In this document: positions 1 to 10,750 of the stretch, in pieces | Numbering within the stretch: position 1 is the first letter of the stretch | Layout: each line of letters begins with the position of its first letter | Notes under the pieces: generated by a model | What the model was told of the DNA's origin: nothing | The model's input: the letters and a program-made list of their open reading frames with translations, nothing else | Databases searched by the model: none | Origin: Planctomycetota bacterium | Lineage (GTDB): Bacteria; Planctomycetota; UBA11346 | Direction: 5' to 3' | NCBI GenBank assembly: GCA_038231435.1 | Contig: JBBRLJ010000012.1 | Span: 1-64,000, forward strand | Length of the DNA: 64,000 nucleotides | Made by a program: the position numbers and the translations under genes

Positions 1-181
1 CGCATCGAGCTGACTGTCGAGCTGGGCTATCATGGGCGCTGCGCAACTGGCTCTGCGCTTCGGCCCAGGACAGGAGCGGTTCGCGCTTGCTAGGAAGCGA
101 GAACGGCGGCGCGCTGAAGATCAGCGGGAAGAGAGTGGAGACGGAAGATCGAAGGTAGGCGATCGGCTTGGCCCACCGCCT

Positions 182-1471
182 TCAATCAACCCAATCGTCC
201 CTGTGTTCCGTCTGCCGCGGCGCCAGCGTCCGGCGCAGGAACATCGTTCCCGGCCCTTCCGCGGCTCCGCCGACGGTGGGCGGCACCTCGTCCGGCTCGA
301 CGAACCCGAGTTCCTTCACCAGGCCGGACAGCGCCGAGATCAGACTGCGGTAATCCCGATACCGCTCGTTCGGATCCGGCCGGGTCGCGCCGAGCACCAC
401 CTCGCGGGTGAGCGCGTGGAATGGCGTGAGATCGATCTCCCCTCGGCCGGAGTCGCCGTCGGGTTCGCCCACGCCCGCGATAGCGCCCAGCATGTTGTAG
501 AGGATGGCGCCGACCGCGAAGATGTCGGGTCGCACATCGCTGGGCTCGGCGGCCTCGCAATCGGGGGCCTGCCAGGCCCGATCCACGCTGCGTGAGGGGG
601 GGATCTGCTGGGCGACGCCGAAATCGGTGATGACGACGGACAGGTGCTTCGTGCCCTGCTCTTGTACCAGCACGTTTTCGGGACGCAGCGCGCGATGGCA
701 CAGCGAGGCGGTGATCGAGACGTACGCCAGTCCCTCCGCAATTTGCAGCGCGATCCGTGCCGCCTGCACTTCGGATTGGATGAGCCGCTCTGCGATCATG
801 CGCGACAGACGCTCGCCCGCGATCAGCGTCGATGCCGCGAAGCAGGTTTCGCATTGGAATCCGCACGAGAGCGCCTGGGCGATGCGCCGGGTGCGGATCC
901 GCTCGAGCGCGGTGAAGTCCTCGAGGAAGAGCTGACGGAGCTGGGGATCAGGCTGGCGAAACACCTTGAATGCCACGTCGACGCCGGTGGAGAGGTCCAC
1001 GGCGACATAGGTGCGGCCGACCAGTCCCTGTCCGAGAAGGCGGGTGATGCGGTAGCGGGGAAAGATCCCCTGGTCGAACAGGGTCAGCTCGAGTTCGCGG
1101 GCGAGATGCGGCTCGAGCAGTCCGCGGTCGACCAGCAGGCCGGAGACGCGACCGTTCTTCTGCAGCACCTGCGTCACTCCTTTGACGCGGAAGAAGTCGC
1201 GGAGTTCGTCGATCCGTTCCGGCTCGATCCAGCCGTTGCCGACGATGATGCCGATGACCACGTCGGGCCGCGGGCCGGCAGGCCCGGCCGGGGCATCCAC
1301 GGTCGACGCCTGTGCGGCTTCGGCGCGGATCCGTTCGAGCCGCGAAGTGCCGCCACGCCCGGCCTTGAGCGCCCCATGCTTCGCCAGGATGCGGCTGGTC
1401 ACGTCGGCGATGCGCTCCGCTGCGGGAGCGGGGTCATCGGCGAAAGGATCATCTGATGGGTCGGGTGGCAT
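182..1471 (-). CDS. Ser/Thr protein kinase-domain protein (probable pseudokinase)
   Basis: LGQGLVGRTY Gly-loop, VAFK, HRALRPENV (HRD Asp absent), ITDFG, WQAPD, DIFAVG. ATG at 1471 or GTG at 1480. Confidence 0.85.
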   Translation of the reverse strand: MPPDPSDDPFADDPAPAAERIADVTSRILAKHGALKAGRGGTSRLERIRAEAAQASTVDAPAGPAGPRPDVVIGIIVGNGWIEPERIDELRDFFRVKGVTQVLQKNGRVSGLLVDRGLLEPHLARELELTLFDQGIFPRYRITRLLGQGLVGRTYVAVDLSTGVDVAFKVFRQPDPQLRQLFLEDFTALERIRTRRIAQALSCGFQCETCFAASTLIAGERLSRMIAERLIQSEVQAARIALQIAEGLAYVSITASLCHRALRPENVLVQEQGTKHLSVVITDFGVAQQIPPSRSVDRAWQAPDCEAAEPSDVRPDIFAVGAILYNMLGAIAGVGEPDGDSGRGEIDLTPFHALTREVVLGATRPDPNERYRDYRSLISALSGLVKELGFVEPDEVPPTVGGAAEGPGTMFLRRTLAPRQTEHRDDWVD

Positions 1472-1641
1472 CGTGGGCACGCTGCCAGCATCCTAAGCAA
1501 TGGGAGGCATGGTCCAGGCGGGACAGCGTCAGAACGCGGCGCCGATCAGCACACTCGCCAGCTGGTGGCGCGGCCAGAAAGAGCGGATGACTCGCGCGTC
1601 GTTGCACGGCAAACAAACCCCATGCTTCCCCGAGGTCCTCC

Positions 1642-3405
1642 TCAATAGGCCGAAATCAGCCTGCGATATTGATCGCAGCTCTGCTCCAGCCCTCCATACC
1701 TGCTCCTCGCCAGCCACAGCTTGCGATGCTCGGCCATCAGTTCGATCAGCCTGGCCGCGATCGCCCGGCGCTCCTCGATCGTCGGCTTCCCGCGGCGCAT
1801 GATCGCCCGCGCGCATGCCCAGCGCGCCATCGCTACGGCGTGCGCGCACTCGTCGCGCACCGCCGACGCGTGCGGCAGGATCATCGGCAGCGACGTCTCG
1901 AGCGCGGCGTAGCCGGCGTCCGCCGCGCGCCATGCGGCGAGATCGCCCGGCTGGTGCGGGTCGAAGACCTGGATGTGCGAGTCGTTGAACACGCCCGTCC
2001 CGAGTTTGCGCAGGGGGTGATCGATGTCGCCGAGCTCGATCAGCCAGCGGCCGAGTCCGGCAACGCCGAAGCCGTGCAGACCGATCGCGTCGTCATCGAA
2101 CGCGACGTCGCCGCTCCATGACGAATGCGCGCCATCGGCGAATCCGGCGATGGTCAACGGCCATTGCTGGCGGTGGCCGCTGTCGCCCCATTCGGTATTG
2201 AGGTAGCCGATCGCGCCGATCTCGGCCCCTTCGCGCGCCGCGCGCGCGAGATTGCCGCGACGTTCGTAGGTACGGCTGGTGTAGCTACCCCAGTTGTTGG
2301 TGCCTGGTGCCACCCAGGTCTCGAGTCCGCGATCGCGGAAGAGCTTGCCGCGCTTGGCGAATTCGGTCTCTGGTCCGTAGCCCCACACCAGCGGCACGAT
2401 GTCGGCGGGCAACAGCGCGGCGATCTCGGGTTTCGCGTGTTCGGCGTCCGACCAATAGACCGGCCGGCGGCCGTGGGCGCGCACGTAGGTCGCCACCGTC
2501 GAGACGTGGCGGGTGTACACGCCGTGGAAACCGTCGCGCTCCACGGCCTGCTTCGAGCGGCCGGAGCCGAGGTCCCACGGCTCGTCGCAGCCGATGTGCA
2601 CATAAGAGCCCGAACAGGTCGGGATGAGCTGGTCGAGCAGATCCTTCACCAACGCCAATCCGGCCGGATCGTTGGCGACCAGGGTGTTCGGATCCTGGAA
2701 CCAGGCGCCATGCACGAGCAGTCCCGACGAACGTTCGCCCAGGTGCGCGTAGGCAGGAACCTTCAGCCAGCGCTCCACGTGACCGAGGCAGTTCTGGTTG
2801 GCGGTGAGCGTGATGCCGTATGTCGTGCACAGGCGGTCGAGCTCGCGCATCTCGTCGGGCGTGATCGGCGACGAGGCGTGCCAGACCGCTTCGTGCCCGC
2901 GATAAGCGAAGGTGTGCTCGGTGTAGAGCTCGAGATGATTGATCTTCCATGAGGCCAGCTTCGCGACCAGCTCCCGTAGGCAGTCCATGGTCGGCACGCG
3001 GTCGCGCGAGATGTCGAGCATCGCGCCGCGGATGGGGAACGCCGGCGAGTCGTCGATGCGCAGGCGTGGCGCCTGGTCCGGGCACTGCGCCAGGATCTGC
3101 GCGAGGGTGGTCAGGCCCCAGCGGATGCCGATCGCCGTGCGCGCGGTGATGCGGGCGAAGGTCGCGCCACCGAGTTCGAGGCGGTAGCCTTCGCCGCCTT
3201 CTCCACCGTCACCGCTCGCGCCAGCAGCCGAGGCGATCGAGCAGACCACGTCGGCAGCCGCGGACTCAGCTGGTCGGCCGCGCGCGCCGAGCGTCAGCGC
3301 GATGACGGACGCCTCGCAGCCCGACACCGCGAGCACTGCTGGTACCGTGGCGTCGCCGCCGACGAGGGTGAGGGAGCGTGGCTTGGGCAGGAGATGGAGG
3401 TGCAT
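1642..3405 (-). CDS. Glycoside hydrolase family 20 (beta-N-acetylhexosaminidase-like)
   Basis: LLPKPRSL N-terminus, IDDSPAFPIRGAMLDISRDRVP, catalytic HIGCDE motif, GYLNTEWGD. Start trimmed to ATG 3405. Confidence 0.9.
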   Translation of the reverse strand: MHLHLLPKPRSLTLVGGDATVPAVLAVSGCEASVIALTLGARGRPAESAAADVVCSIASAAGASGDGGEGGEGYRLELGGATFARITARTAIGIRWGLTTLAQILAQCPDQAPRLRIDDSPAFPIRGAMLDISRDRVPTMDCLRELVAKLASWKINHLELYTEHTFAYRGHEAVWHASSPITPDEMRELDRLCTTYGITLTANQNCLGHVERWLKVPAYAHLGERSSGLLVHGAWFQDPNTLVANDPAGLALVKDLLDQLIPTCSGSYVHIGCDEPWDLGSGRSKQAVERDGFHGVYTRHVSTVATYVRAHGRRPVYWSDAEHAKPEIAALLPADIVPLVWGYGPETEFAKRGKLFRDRGLETWVAPGTNNWGSYTSRTYERRGNLARAAREGAEIGAIGYLNTEWGDSGHRQQWPLTIAGFADGAHSSWSGDVAFDDDAIGLHGFGVAGLGRWLIELGDIDHPLRKLGTGVFNDSHIQVFDPHQPGDLAAWRAADAGYAALETSLPMILPHASAVRDECAHAVAMARWACARAIMRRGKPTIEERRAIAARLIELMAEHRKLWLARSRYGGLEQSCDQYRRLISAY

Positions 3406-3466
3406 GGCACGATCATGGCCGGCGATTGCCTCGCCGGGCGGCCCGAGCAGGATATCTTGTGACATA

Positions 3467-4276
3467 ATGTCTGATAGAAACCAGAAATTACGTCCTCGCC
3501 TGGGCGTGCCGCTGTTCGACCCCGAGGCCTTCGCCTGCTGGCGCCTGGTTGAGCGGTTCCCCTCGCAGCTGCGCGCCGTCCGGTTGGTCGAGGCGAAAGC
3601 GGCCGCGCCCGACGAGCGCTTGGACGGGCATCTGCACGTCGTCCCCACCGTGGTCTGCTGTCTCGCCGGGGCGTCGCGCGTCGAGACCGCGCGCGGCGTG
3701 CTCGACCTGGGCGCGGGCGAGGCCGTGGTGGTGGCGCCGGGCGCGTGGCATCGGCATGCGCCGCTGCGTGGGCGATCGGCGATCTACGCCCAGGGCCTGA
3801 TCGGGCGTCGCAGCGACGTGCTGCTCGCGACCGCCGGACGGCGTTGGTGGTTGACGGTGCCCGAGGATCCCAGCCGCGCGCTGCTCGCCAGGGCGCTTTC
3901 CGATGAAGCAGGCGGCAGGCGGGCCGCGGTCGCTGAGCTGGTGGCCGAGTTCGCCCGCGAGCCCGCTTCGGCCCTGGCGATGACGCCAGAACAAGCGGCG
4001 ATGGCGCGGTTCCTGTGGAGCAACGTCCACCGTCCGGTCACGGCTGCGGATGTGCTGCGCGCCAGCGGCCTGGGCCGGGCCCAGGCCCACGCCACCTTCG
4101 TCGCCTGCTTCGGCGAGGCCCCAAAGCAGGCGTTGACGCGCTCCCGTCTCGCCCTGGCCGACCGCCTCGAAGCCGAGGGGGTCCAGGTCCACGAGGTCGC
4201 GGCCCGCAGCGGCTTCGTCGACCGGGCACGCCTCCAGCGCGTCCGCCAGCGCTCTCGGCGCCGCGCCGGGCGTTGA
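3467..4276 (+). CDS. AraC family transcriptional regulator
   Basis: Cupin-like HLH...VVAPGAWH N-terminal domain and C-terminal HTH (VHEVAARSGF). Divergent from the GH20 gene. Confidence 0.8.
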   Translation: MSDRNQKLRPRLGVPLFDPEAFACWRLVERFPSQLRAVRLVEAKAAAPDERLDGHLHVVPTVVCCLAGASRVETARGVLDLGAGEAVVVAPGAWHRHAPLRGRSAIYAQGLIGRRSDVLLATAGRRWWLTVPEDPSRALLARALSDEAGGRRAAVAELVAEFAREPASALAMTPEQAAMARFLWSNVHRPVTAADVLRASGLGRAQAHATFVACFGEAPKQALTRSRLALADRLEAEGVQVHEVAARSGFVDRARLQRVRQRSRRRAGR

Positions 4277-4498
4277 CCCCGCAAAGATCATATATCAGGC
4301 CGATCAGGTCATATTCGCCCTGGATGGCTGCCCGGCGGAGCAGATCACCGCCTTGCCATCTTCCCGCCGGTACGACAATGCCCGGACCCCATCCGCGGCC
4401 CACCCACCCCCCGATTCCCTACCTCTCTTCGAGCCTTCGAACTTCCCTCTTCCTGCTTCTCACTTCTTCAATCTTCCCCTTTTCCGGAGCTCCTTCAC

Positions 4499-5623
4499 AT
4501 GCCCCTGATCCCACTCCGTCCGCTGCTCGACCATGCCGCCGCCAACAACTACGGCGTCTGCGCCCTGAACGTGAACAACATGGAGCAGATCCAGTCGATC
4601 ATGGAGGCGGCCCGCGCCACCAAGAGCCCGGTGATCGTGCAGGCCTCGCGCGGAGCGCGCAAATACACCAACGACATCTTCCTGCGCAACCTGATGCAGG
4701 CGGCCGTCGAGCTGTATCCCGAGATCCCCATCGTCATGCACCAAGACCACGGCAACGCGCCGGACACCTGCGTGAGCGCCATCCGCATGGGCTTCACCTC
4801 GGTGATGATGGACGGCTCTCTGGAAGAGGACGCCAAGACCCCCGCCGGTTACGAATACAACGTCGCGGTCACTCGCGAGGTCGTGAACCTCGCGCACCGC
4901 TTCGGCGTCTCGGTCGAGGGCGAGCTCGGCTGCCTCGGCTCGCTCGAACATGGAACCGGTGAGAAGGAAGACGGACACGGCGCCGAGGGCAAGCTGACCA
5001 TGGACCAGTTGCTGACCGATCCCGACCAGGCGGTCGACTTCGTCAAGCGCACCGGCATCGATGCACTCGCCGTGGCGATGGGCACCAGCCATGGCGCGTA
5101 CAAGTTCTCGAAGAAGCCGACCGGCGAGGTGCTGGCGATGGGCACCATCGAGAAGATCCACCAGAAGATCCCGAACTGCCACCTGGTCATGCACGGCTCG
5201 TCGTCGGTGCCCAAGAACCTGCTCGACGAGATCAACAAGTACGGCGGCGCGATCAAGGAGACCTACGGCGTTCCCGTCGAGGAGATCCAGCGCGGCATCC
5301 GCGCCGGCGTGCGCAAGATCAACGTCGATACCGACAACCGCCTCGCCATCACCGCTGCGATCCGCAAGGCCTTCAGCGAGAAGCCGGCCGAGTTCGATCC
5401 CCGCTACTACCTCACCCCGTCGCGCGCGGCCATGCAGAAGATCTGCGAGGAGCGCATGCGCCAGTTCGGCCAGGCCGGACAGGCCGCCGGGGTGCCGATC
5501 GTCTCGCTCGACCAGATGGCCAAGGACTACATCGCCGGCAAGTTCGGCGAGAACGCCAAGCCGACGAACGAAGCCGCGCCACACAAGGGCAAGGGCGGCG
5601 GCGTCTCGGCCATGGCGCACTGA
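4499..5623 (+). CDS. fba: Fructose-bisphosphate aldolase class II
   Basis: [47 protein letters not shown] motifs; strongly biased codon use. Confidence 0.97.
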   Translation: MPLIPLRPLLDHAAANNYGVCALNVNNMEQIQSIMEAARATKSPVIVQASRGARKYTNDIFLRNLMQAAVELYPEIPIVMHQDHGNAPDTCVSAIRMGFTSVMMDGSLEEDAKTPAGYEYNVAVTREVVNLAHRFGVSVEGELGCLGSLEHGTGEKEDGHGAEGKLTMDQLLTDPDQAVDFVKRTGIDALAVAMGTSHGAYKFSKKPTGEVLAMGTIEKIHQKIPNCHLVMHGSSSVPKNLLDEINKYGGAIKETYGVPVEEIQRGIRAGVRKINVDTDNRLAITAAIRKAFSEKPAEFDPRYYLTPSRAAMQKICEERMRQFGQAGQAAGVPIVSLDQMAKDYIAGKFGENAKPTNEAAPHKGKGGGVSAMAH

Positions 5624-5645
5624 CCAGGACTCGAGGCTGATCGCC

Positions 5646-5683
5646 GAACCCCCCGGGCCGAATGCCCGGGGGGTTCTTTTTTT
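5646..5683 (+). terminator. Rho-independent terminator after fba
   Basis: GAACCCCCCGGGC-loop-GCCCGGGGGGTTC stem followed by a T7 run. Confidence 0.92.
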
Positions 5684-5801
5684 AGACACTTTTTCCGGTC
5701 TTGGTGTCGCCAGCATCCGACAATGCCGGCCAGGAGCCCCGGCGTTCCCAACGTGGTCGCCGTGCGCACGGCTTCGCCGTGGTGTATCCTCCTGGTGCAC
5801 C

Positions 5802-8800
5802 ATGCCTGGTCCCGAGTCATCCGTGCCGCTGGATCCGAAGCTCGCGCTCGCGCGCACGGTGTCCGGCGACGAACTGACCGTGGAGGGGATGTCGCGCACG
5901 GCTGAGACCGGCCCGCCGCGGGACCCCGCGGGCGACGAGACTCCCGAGCTGCGAGGTGAACGGCTCGAACGGCGGCTGGCGGCGGTCGGGCTGGCGTGGC
6001 GAGGGGATGAGGGCGGGAAGCGCTTCGCGCTCGGAAGCCTACTCGGCGCGGGAGCGACCGGCAGGGTCTTCACCGTGCACGACGCGGACCTCGATCGCGA
6101 CGTTGCGGTGAAGGTCCTGACCGGCGATGCGTCGCGGCGGCCCAGCGACATCGACGCGTTCATCGACGAGGCCCGCATCACCGCTGGACTCACGCATCCG
6201 CACGTGGTGCCGGTGCACGAGATCGACGTCACCGCGGGCGGCAGTCCCTACTTCACCATGAGCAAGGTCGCGGGTCGGACGCTCGGGGACGCGATTGCGC
6301 AGTCGTCGCCGGCTTCGCCGGACGGGAAGATCGCCGACTCGAACCGCGTGGTGAGCGCCCTCATCGCGGTCGGACATGCGGTCTCATACGCGCATCACCG
6401 CGGCATCATCCACCAGGACATCAAGCCCGACAACATCCTGCTCGGGGATTTCGGCGAGGTCCTGTTGCTGGATTGGGGTAGCGCGGCGCGCTGGCCGGCC
6501 AGCGATGCGAAGCTCTACGGCACTCCCATCTACATGAGCCCGGAGCAGGCTCGCCGTGAGTCGTCGACTCCATCCAGCGATGTGTATTGCCTCGGAGCCA
6601 CGCTCTTCCACGCGCTCACCCTGCGTGTTCCCACGTGGTCGGACGACGCCGATGAATTCTGGCGGCGCAAGCGCTCGGGTGAAATCGATCCGCCGACCGA
6701 GGCTGAGCGCTCGCGGGTCAGGCCGGCCCTGTTCGCCATCGCGATCAAGGCGATGGCCGTCCGTCCCGCCGATCGCTACGGCTCGGTCGAGGACCTGGTC
6801 CACGATCTCGAACGCTACCAGGCCGGCCTCGCGGTGAGCGCCTTCAGCGAGCCCTTGTGGAACCTGCTCGCGCGTTGGTACAGCGCGAATCGTCGCGTGG
6901 TGTGGGTCGCGCTAGCCGCCGTCCTGGTGGTGGCGTTCCTGGGTGGGGCGTTCTGGAACGAAAAGCGCAAGGAGCGCTCGCAGTGGGCATCGGTCTACCG
7001 CGACGGCTTCGCGTCGGGCGAAATCGCCGCGGTTGAGAAGGATTGGACCGCCAGCACCAAGGGCTGGCACGACGATCGGTTCACCGATCAGCCGCTAGAG
7101 ACCTCGACGCACTGGCGGCTCGAAGGCGGCCGCCTGCTGGTGAAGGCCGAGGAGGGTTACTACGATCTCGCCTTTCGCCGTCGCCTGCGCGGCGACGTGC
7201 GCATCGAATGGGACTACACTCCGCTGCGCAAGAACGAGAATCTGAACTGCTTCATCGATGCCGACGACCGCTCATCCGGGTACACCTTCCATATTGGTGG
7301 ATGGGGAATGCCCGCTTTCCTCGCCCTCACGCGGGGCCCGTCCGCCGAGCGGGTGGCCGAGCGTAGGGAACCAGGCCTGCTGGTGGTGGGCAAGACCCTG
7401 CACTATGTGATGGAGCGGGAGGGTCGCCATGTGCGCCTGTCGATCGGCGGAAAGCTCATGTTCGACCATCTTGAATTCGACGATCTGCAGGCCCCGGGCG
7501 GTCAAGGCTTCGGTTTCGATTGCTGCTTCGGTAGTGAACAGGCATTGGCGAACATCGAGGTCTGGCATCGGCCCCTGGCGGAGCGTATATCCCCGATCGC
7601 GGTGGGAACGCAGCTCTACCAGTTCGGGTATTTCAGGGACGCGGCGAAAGTGTTCGATGAGATCGCTTCGTCGTATCCCGGCACTGACTTCGAGCCGCAG
7701 GCGCGGTACCGCCAGGCGATGAGCCAGATCACCGCCGGGGACATTGCGGCGGGCACCACCGGCCTTCGCGATTTCGTCGGCCGCTTCCCTGCGCACCAGG
7801 ACGCGCCGTTGGCCTTGCGCACCTGGGAGACGCTCGCGTTGGACGCGGGAAGCGAAGCCGACGCCTCGGCCGCCGATGATCGGCTGTTGGCGTTCTCTGG
7901 TCATCCAGTGCTGCCGCTGCTGTTCAAGGACATCGCCGACCGCCGTCGGAAACGCCTGGAGGGGGTCGATTGGCTAGGTGGTTCGCGGCCCCCGGACGAT
8001 GCCGCCGACATCATCGTGAAGACCGAGGGCGAGCTGCATGCCTGGTGTCGCAAGCATGGACTCGCCTACGCCGACCAGTCGTTCAGCGAGCTCGCGTACA
8101 ACACCCTGTTGCGCGCCGGGAACACGAGGCTCATGCTCGAGCTCTATGCAGCTGACCCGTCGAGGCACGCCGACACGCTGATGCGCCAGGGCCGCTTCGA
8201 CGAGTGCGAACGCTTGTACGGCACGGATCACAATGCGCGTCTGCGTCTCCTGATCGCGCGCGGACAGATCGAGGACGCGCTGAAGGAGGCCGGCATCTCA
8301 TGGGAGCGGGAGAGCCTCTTTGTCGAGCTCGATCAGCCTGAACGATTGCTGGAGACCGATCCCGAGGATCGATCGCTGCAGTGCCGCGCGCTCCTCGAAT
8401 GCGGTCGCCCCCAGGCCGTGATCGATGGCTACCCAGACCAGCGTGGCTGGTATGCCAGCGCGCTCATCAGCCTCGGCCGCCAGCAGGAGGCTCTCGACCG
8501 CTACCAGGACGTGATGAAGGACTTCACCGGAGCGTACATGGACGCGCTGATCGCCACCGGACGCCTCGACGAGGTCATGGGCGTGATCATGCGCACCACC
8601 GCGGACGGCCGTGAATCGTTCGTGTGGCGGTTGATGATCGAATACCTGGTGCGCGGCGAGCGCGCATCGGCCATGGAGCTGATGGCCAAGCTGACGCCAC
8701 TGCAGCCGCGCTTCGACGACAGCACCCTGGCGTTCTGCCATGTCATGCTTCCGGTGATCATGCGCGTCCTCGATGGCGAACGGGTGGATCTCCATGAGGG

Positions 8801-9098
8801 GTTCCGACCCGTCCTGGAGCACCGCGATGTGCTGGAACAACGCCTCTGGCATGACGCCTCGTTCCTCTCCGGCGACATCGATGAAGCGGCCTACCTGGCC
8901 CAGCCGGTGCGGCACCACGTCGAAACGCGTCTGGCCTTCGTCACCGCCCTGCGCGCGGATCTCCAAGGCCGGGCGGACGAAGCCGCCGCGGCCTACGCGC
9001 GCATCCTCGCGCCGAAGAAGGCTCGGGGTCTCGATCAGATCCTGAGACGGCTGATGGCTTGGAGGGCGGGAGTCCTGGGGGCCCAGCCCGCGCCCTAA
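5802..9098 (+). CDS. Membrane Ser/Thr protein kinase with C-terminal lectin/ConA-like and TPR-like regions
   Basis: LGAGATGRV, VAVK, HQDIKPDN, DWG, GTPIYMSPEQ, SDVYCLG; TM helix VVWVALAAVLVVAFLGGAFW; helical repeats downstream. ORF part upstream of 5802 overlaps fba and is rejected. Confidence 0.9.
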   Translation: MPGPESSVPLDPKLALARTVSGDELTVEGMSRTAETGPPRDPAGDETPELRGERLERRLAAVGLAWRGDEGGKRFALGSLLGAGATGRVFTVHDADLDRDVAVKVLTGDASRRPSDIDAFIDEARITAGLTHPHVVPVHEIDVTAGGSPYFTMSKVAGRTLGDAIAQSSPASPDGKIADSNRVVSALIAVGHAVSYAHHRGIIHQDIKPDNILLGDFGEVLLLDWGSAARWPASDAKLYGTPIYMSPEQARRESSTPSSDVYCLGATLFHALTLRVPTWSDDADEFWRRKRSGEIDPPTEAERSRVRPALFAIAIKAMAVRPADRYGSVEDLVHDLERYQAGLAVSAFSEPLWNLLARWYSANRRVVWVALAAVLVVAFLGGAFWNEKRKERSQWASVYRDGFASGEIAAVEKDWTASTKGWHDDRFTDQPLETSTHWRLEGGRLLVKAEEGYYDLAFRRRLRGDVRIEWDYTPLRKNENLNCFIDADDRSSGYTFHIGGWGMPAFLALTRGPSAERVAERREPGLLVVGKTLHYVMEREGRHVRLSIGGKLMFDHLEFDDLQAPGGQGFGFDCCFGSEQALANIEVWHRPLAERISPIAVGTQLYQFGYFRDAAKVFDEIASSYPGTDFEPQARYRQAMSQITAGDIAAGTTGLRDFVGRFPAHQDAPLALRTWETLALDAGSEADASAADDRLLAFSGHPVLPLLFKDIADRRRKRLEGVDWLGGSRPPDDAADIIVKTEGELHAWCRKHGLAYADQSFSELAYNTLLRAGNTRLMLELYAADPSRHADTLMRQGRFDECERLYGTDHNARLRLLIARGQIEDALKEAGISWERESLFVELDQPERLLETDPEDRSLQCRALLECGRPQAVIDGYPDQRGWYASALISLGRQQEALDRYQDVMKDFTGAYMDALIATGRLDEVMGVIMRTTADGRESFVWRLMIEYLVRGERASAMELMAKLTPLQPRFDDSTLAFCHVMLPVIMRVLDGERVDLHEGFRPVLEHRDVLEQRLWHDASFLSGDIDEAAYLAQPVRHHVETRLAFVTALRADLQGRADEAAAAYARILAPKKARGLDQILRRLMAWRAGVLGAQPAP

Positions 9099-9190
9099 GG
9101 GCCGGCCCGCGCCATACTGGCGAGGCCCTATCCGTCCCATTGCCTCGCTCCCGCCCTGGTCCGGCGGACGCGGCGGGTAACGTACCGCGC

Positions 9191-10750
9191 ATGGCAGCGC
9201 ACGGTTCAGATCCAGACTCTCGTCCTGCTTCACGCGGGACTTCCGGTGGGAGAGCGTCCCATCGCTCGGATGTGGTGACGCGCGATCTCGCGGTGTTGTG
9301 GCACCCCTGTGGACAACAGCGCGACTATCGCACATTCCCACCGCTCGAGGTGGTGCGCGCCGAGGGCTGCAGGCTGGGCCTCGCCGACGGATTAGAAGTG
9401 TTCGATGCGATCTCCTCGTGGTGGTGCAAATCGCTCGGTCACGGTCATCCGCGTCTGCGCGCCGCGCTGATCGAGCAAGCTGCGCGCTTCGAGCACGTCA
9501 TCCTCGCCAACACCACCAACGAGGCGGTGGTGCGCCTGAGTGAACGGCTGTGCGCGCTCGCCAATGGCGATGGACCCTCCGCATGGGGAAGCCCCACGTC
9601 TGCGCCAAGCTCTGCCACTGCCACTGCCTCCACATCTAACTCCACCTCCAGGTCCGCGCATGCGGATGAAGGCCGCTTCTCGCGGGTGTTCTACGCTGGC
9701 GACGGCTCGACCGCGGTGGAGGTGGCGATCAAGCTCGCGCTGCAGGCGCAGCTCCAGCGCGGCAACACCGGGCGCGTCAAGCTCGCCGCGCTCGCGAACG
9801 GCTATCATGGTGAAACCCTGGCAACGTTGTCGGTCGGTGATTGTGGGCAGTACAAGGACACCTTCTCTCCGCTGCTGTTCCCCTGCGCCATGCTCGGGCC
9901 TCTTCCCTACCGCAGCGGGCCCGATGATCCGCTGTGGCAGAATGCCAGTGCCGAGTGGCCGATCCTCGAGCAGGCGCTGGAGCCGCTCGCGCGCGAGATC
10001 GCGGCTATCGTCTATGAGCCGGTGCTCCAGGGCGCTGGCGGTATGCGCGTGTACTCGCCGGATCTGTTGCGCCGCCTGCGCACGTGGGCGGATGCGAACC
10101 AGGTGTATCTCATCGCCGACGAGATCGCCGCGGGCATGGGCCGCTGCGGCGCGATGCTCGCCGGACATCTGGCAGCGGGCCCGGACGGGGACGCGTCGAG
10201 AGCTCATCCCGACATGGTGGTGCTGTCGAAGGGCCTGACCGGCGGCTTCATGCCGCTCTCGGCGGTGGTCACCACCGAGGCGGTGCACCGCCAGTTCGAC
10301 GCCGAATGGGCGGAGCGACGCGCCTTCCTGCATTCGAACACCTACGCCGGCAACGCCCTCGCGGTGGCGGTCGCCAACGCCGCGCTCGACGTCTACGCTG
10401 ACGAGGACATCCTCGGTCGAGTGGCCCGCAATGGACCGCTGCTGCGGCGCGGTCTCGCGGAGCTCGCGCGCACGCGTCCGTTCCTGGCCGATGTCCGCGG
10501 CATCGGCATGGTCGCCGCCGTCGATCTGCGCGCCGCCGATGGCGCGCACCTCGACTGGCGCGCTCGCACCGGCTGGCGGGTCTTTCGCGAGGCCATCGCG
10601 CGCGGCGCCCTGCTGCGTCCACTCGGAGACACCATGTACCTGTTCCCGCCGCTGAATACGTCGCCGGAGGATATCGGCGCGATGATCGGAATCCTCGGGG
10701 ATAGCGTCGACGCGGTGATGGGTGCAAACGGGGGGAGGAGGCAAGTTTGA
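9191..10750 (+). CDS. bioA: Adenosylmethionine-8-amino-7-oxononanoate aminotransferase
   Basis: LWHPC, DAISSWW, GSTAVEVAIK, YHGET, EPVLQGAGGM, IADEIAAG, SKGLTGG (PLP Lys), FLHSNTY, LRPLG. Confidence 0.93.
   Translation: MAAHGSDPDSRPASRGTSGGRASHRSDVVTRDLAVLWHPCGQQRDYRTFPPLEVVRAEGCRLGLADGLEVFDAISSWWCKSLGHGHPRLRAALIEQAARFEHVILANTTNEAVVRLSERLCALANGDGPSAWGSPTSAPSSATATASTSNSTSRSAHADEGRFSRVFYAGDGSTAVEVAIKLALQAQLQRGNTGRVKLAALANGYHGETLATLSVGDCGQYKDTFSPLLFPCAMLGPLPYRSGPDDPLWQNASAEWPILEQALEPLAREIAAIVYEPVLQGAGGMRVYSPDLLRRLRTWADANQVYLIADEIAAGMGRCGAMLAGHLAAGPDGDASRAHPDMVVLSKGLTGGFMPLSAVVTTEAVHRQFDAEWAERRAFLHSNTYAGNALAVAVANAALDVYADEDILGRVARNGPLLRRGLAELARTRPFLADVRGIGMVAAVDLRAADGAHLDWRARTGWRVFREAIARGALLRPLGDTMYLFPPLNTSPEDIGAMIGILGDSVDAVMGANGGRRQV

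Noticed and set aside
1..181. Gene end or the 32..595 ORF at the window start
   Set aside because: No recognisable motif; the ORF is mostly antisense to the kinase; too little context to call.
4499..5623. Calvin-cycle interpretation of the class II aldolase
   Set aside because: This aldolase subtype is widespread in heterotrophs; no rubisco or prk in the window.
5061..5801. N-terminal extension of the 1345-aa kinase ORF
   Set aside because: Overlaps fba in another frame and crosses its terminator; Arg/Ser-rich nonsense translation.
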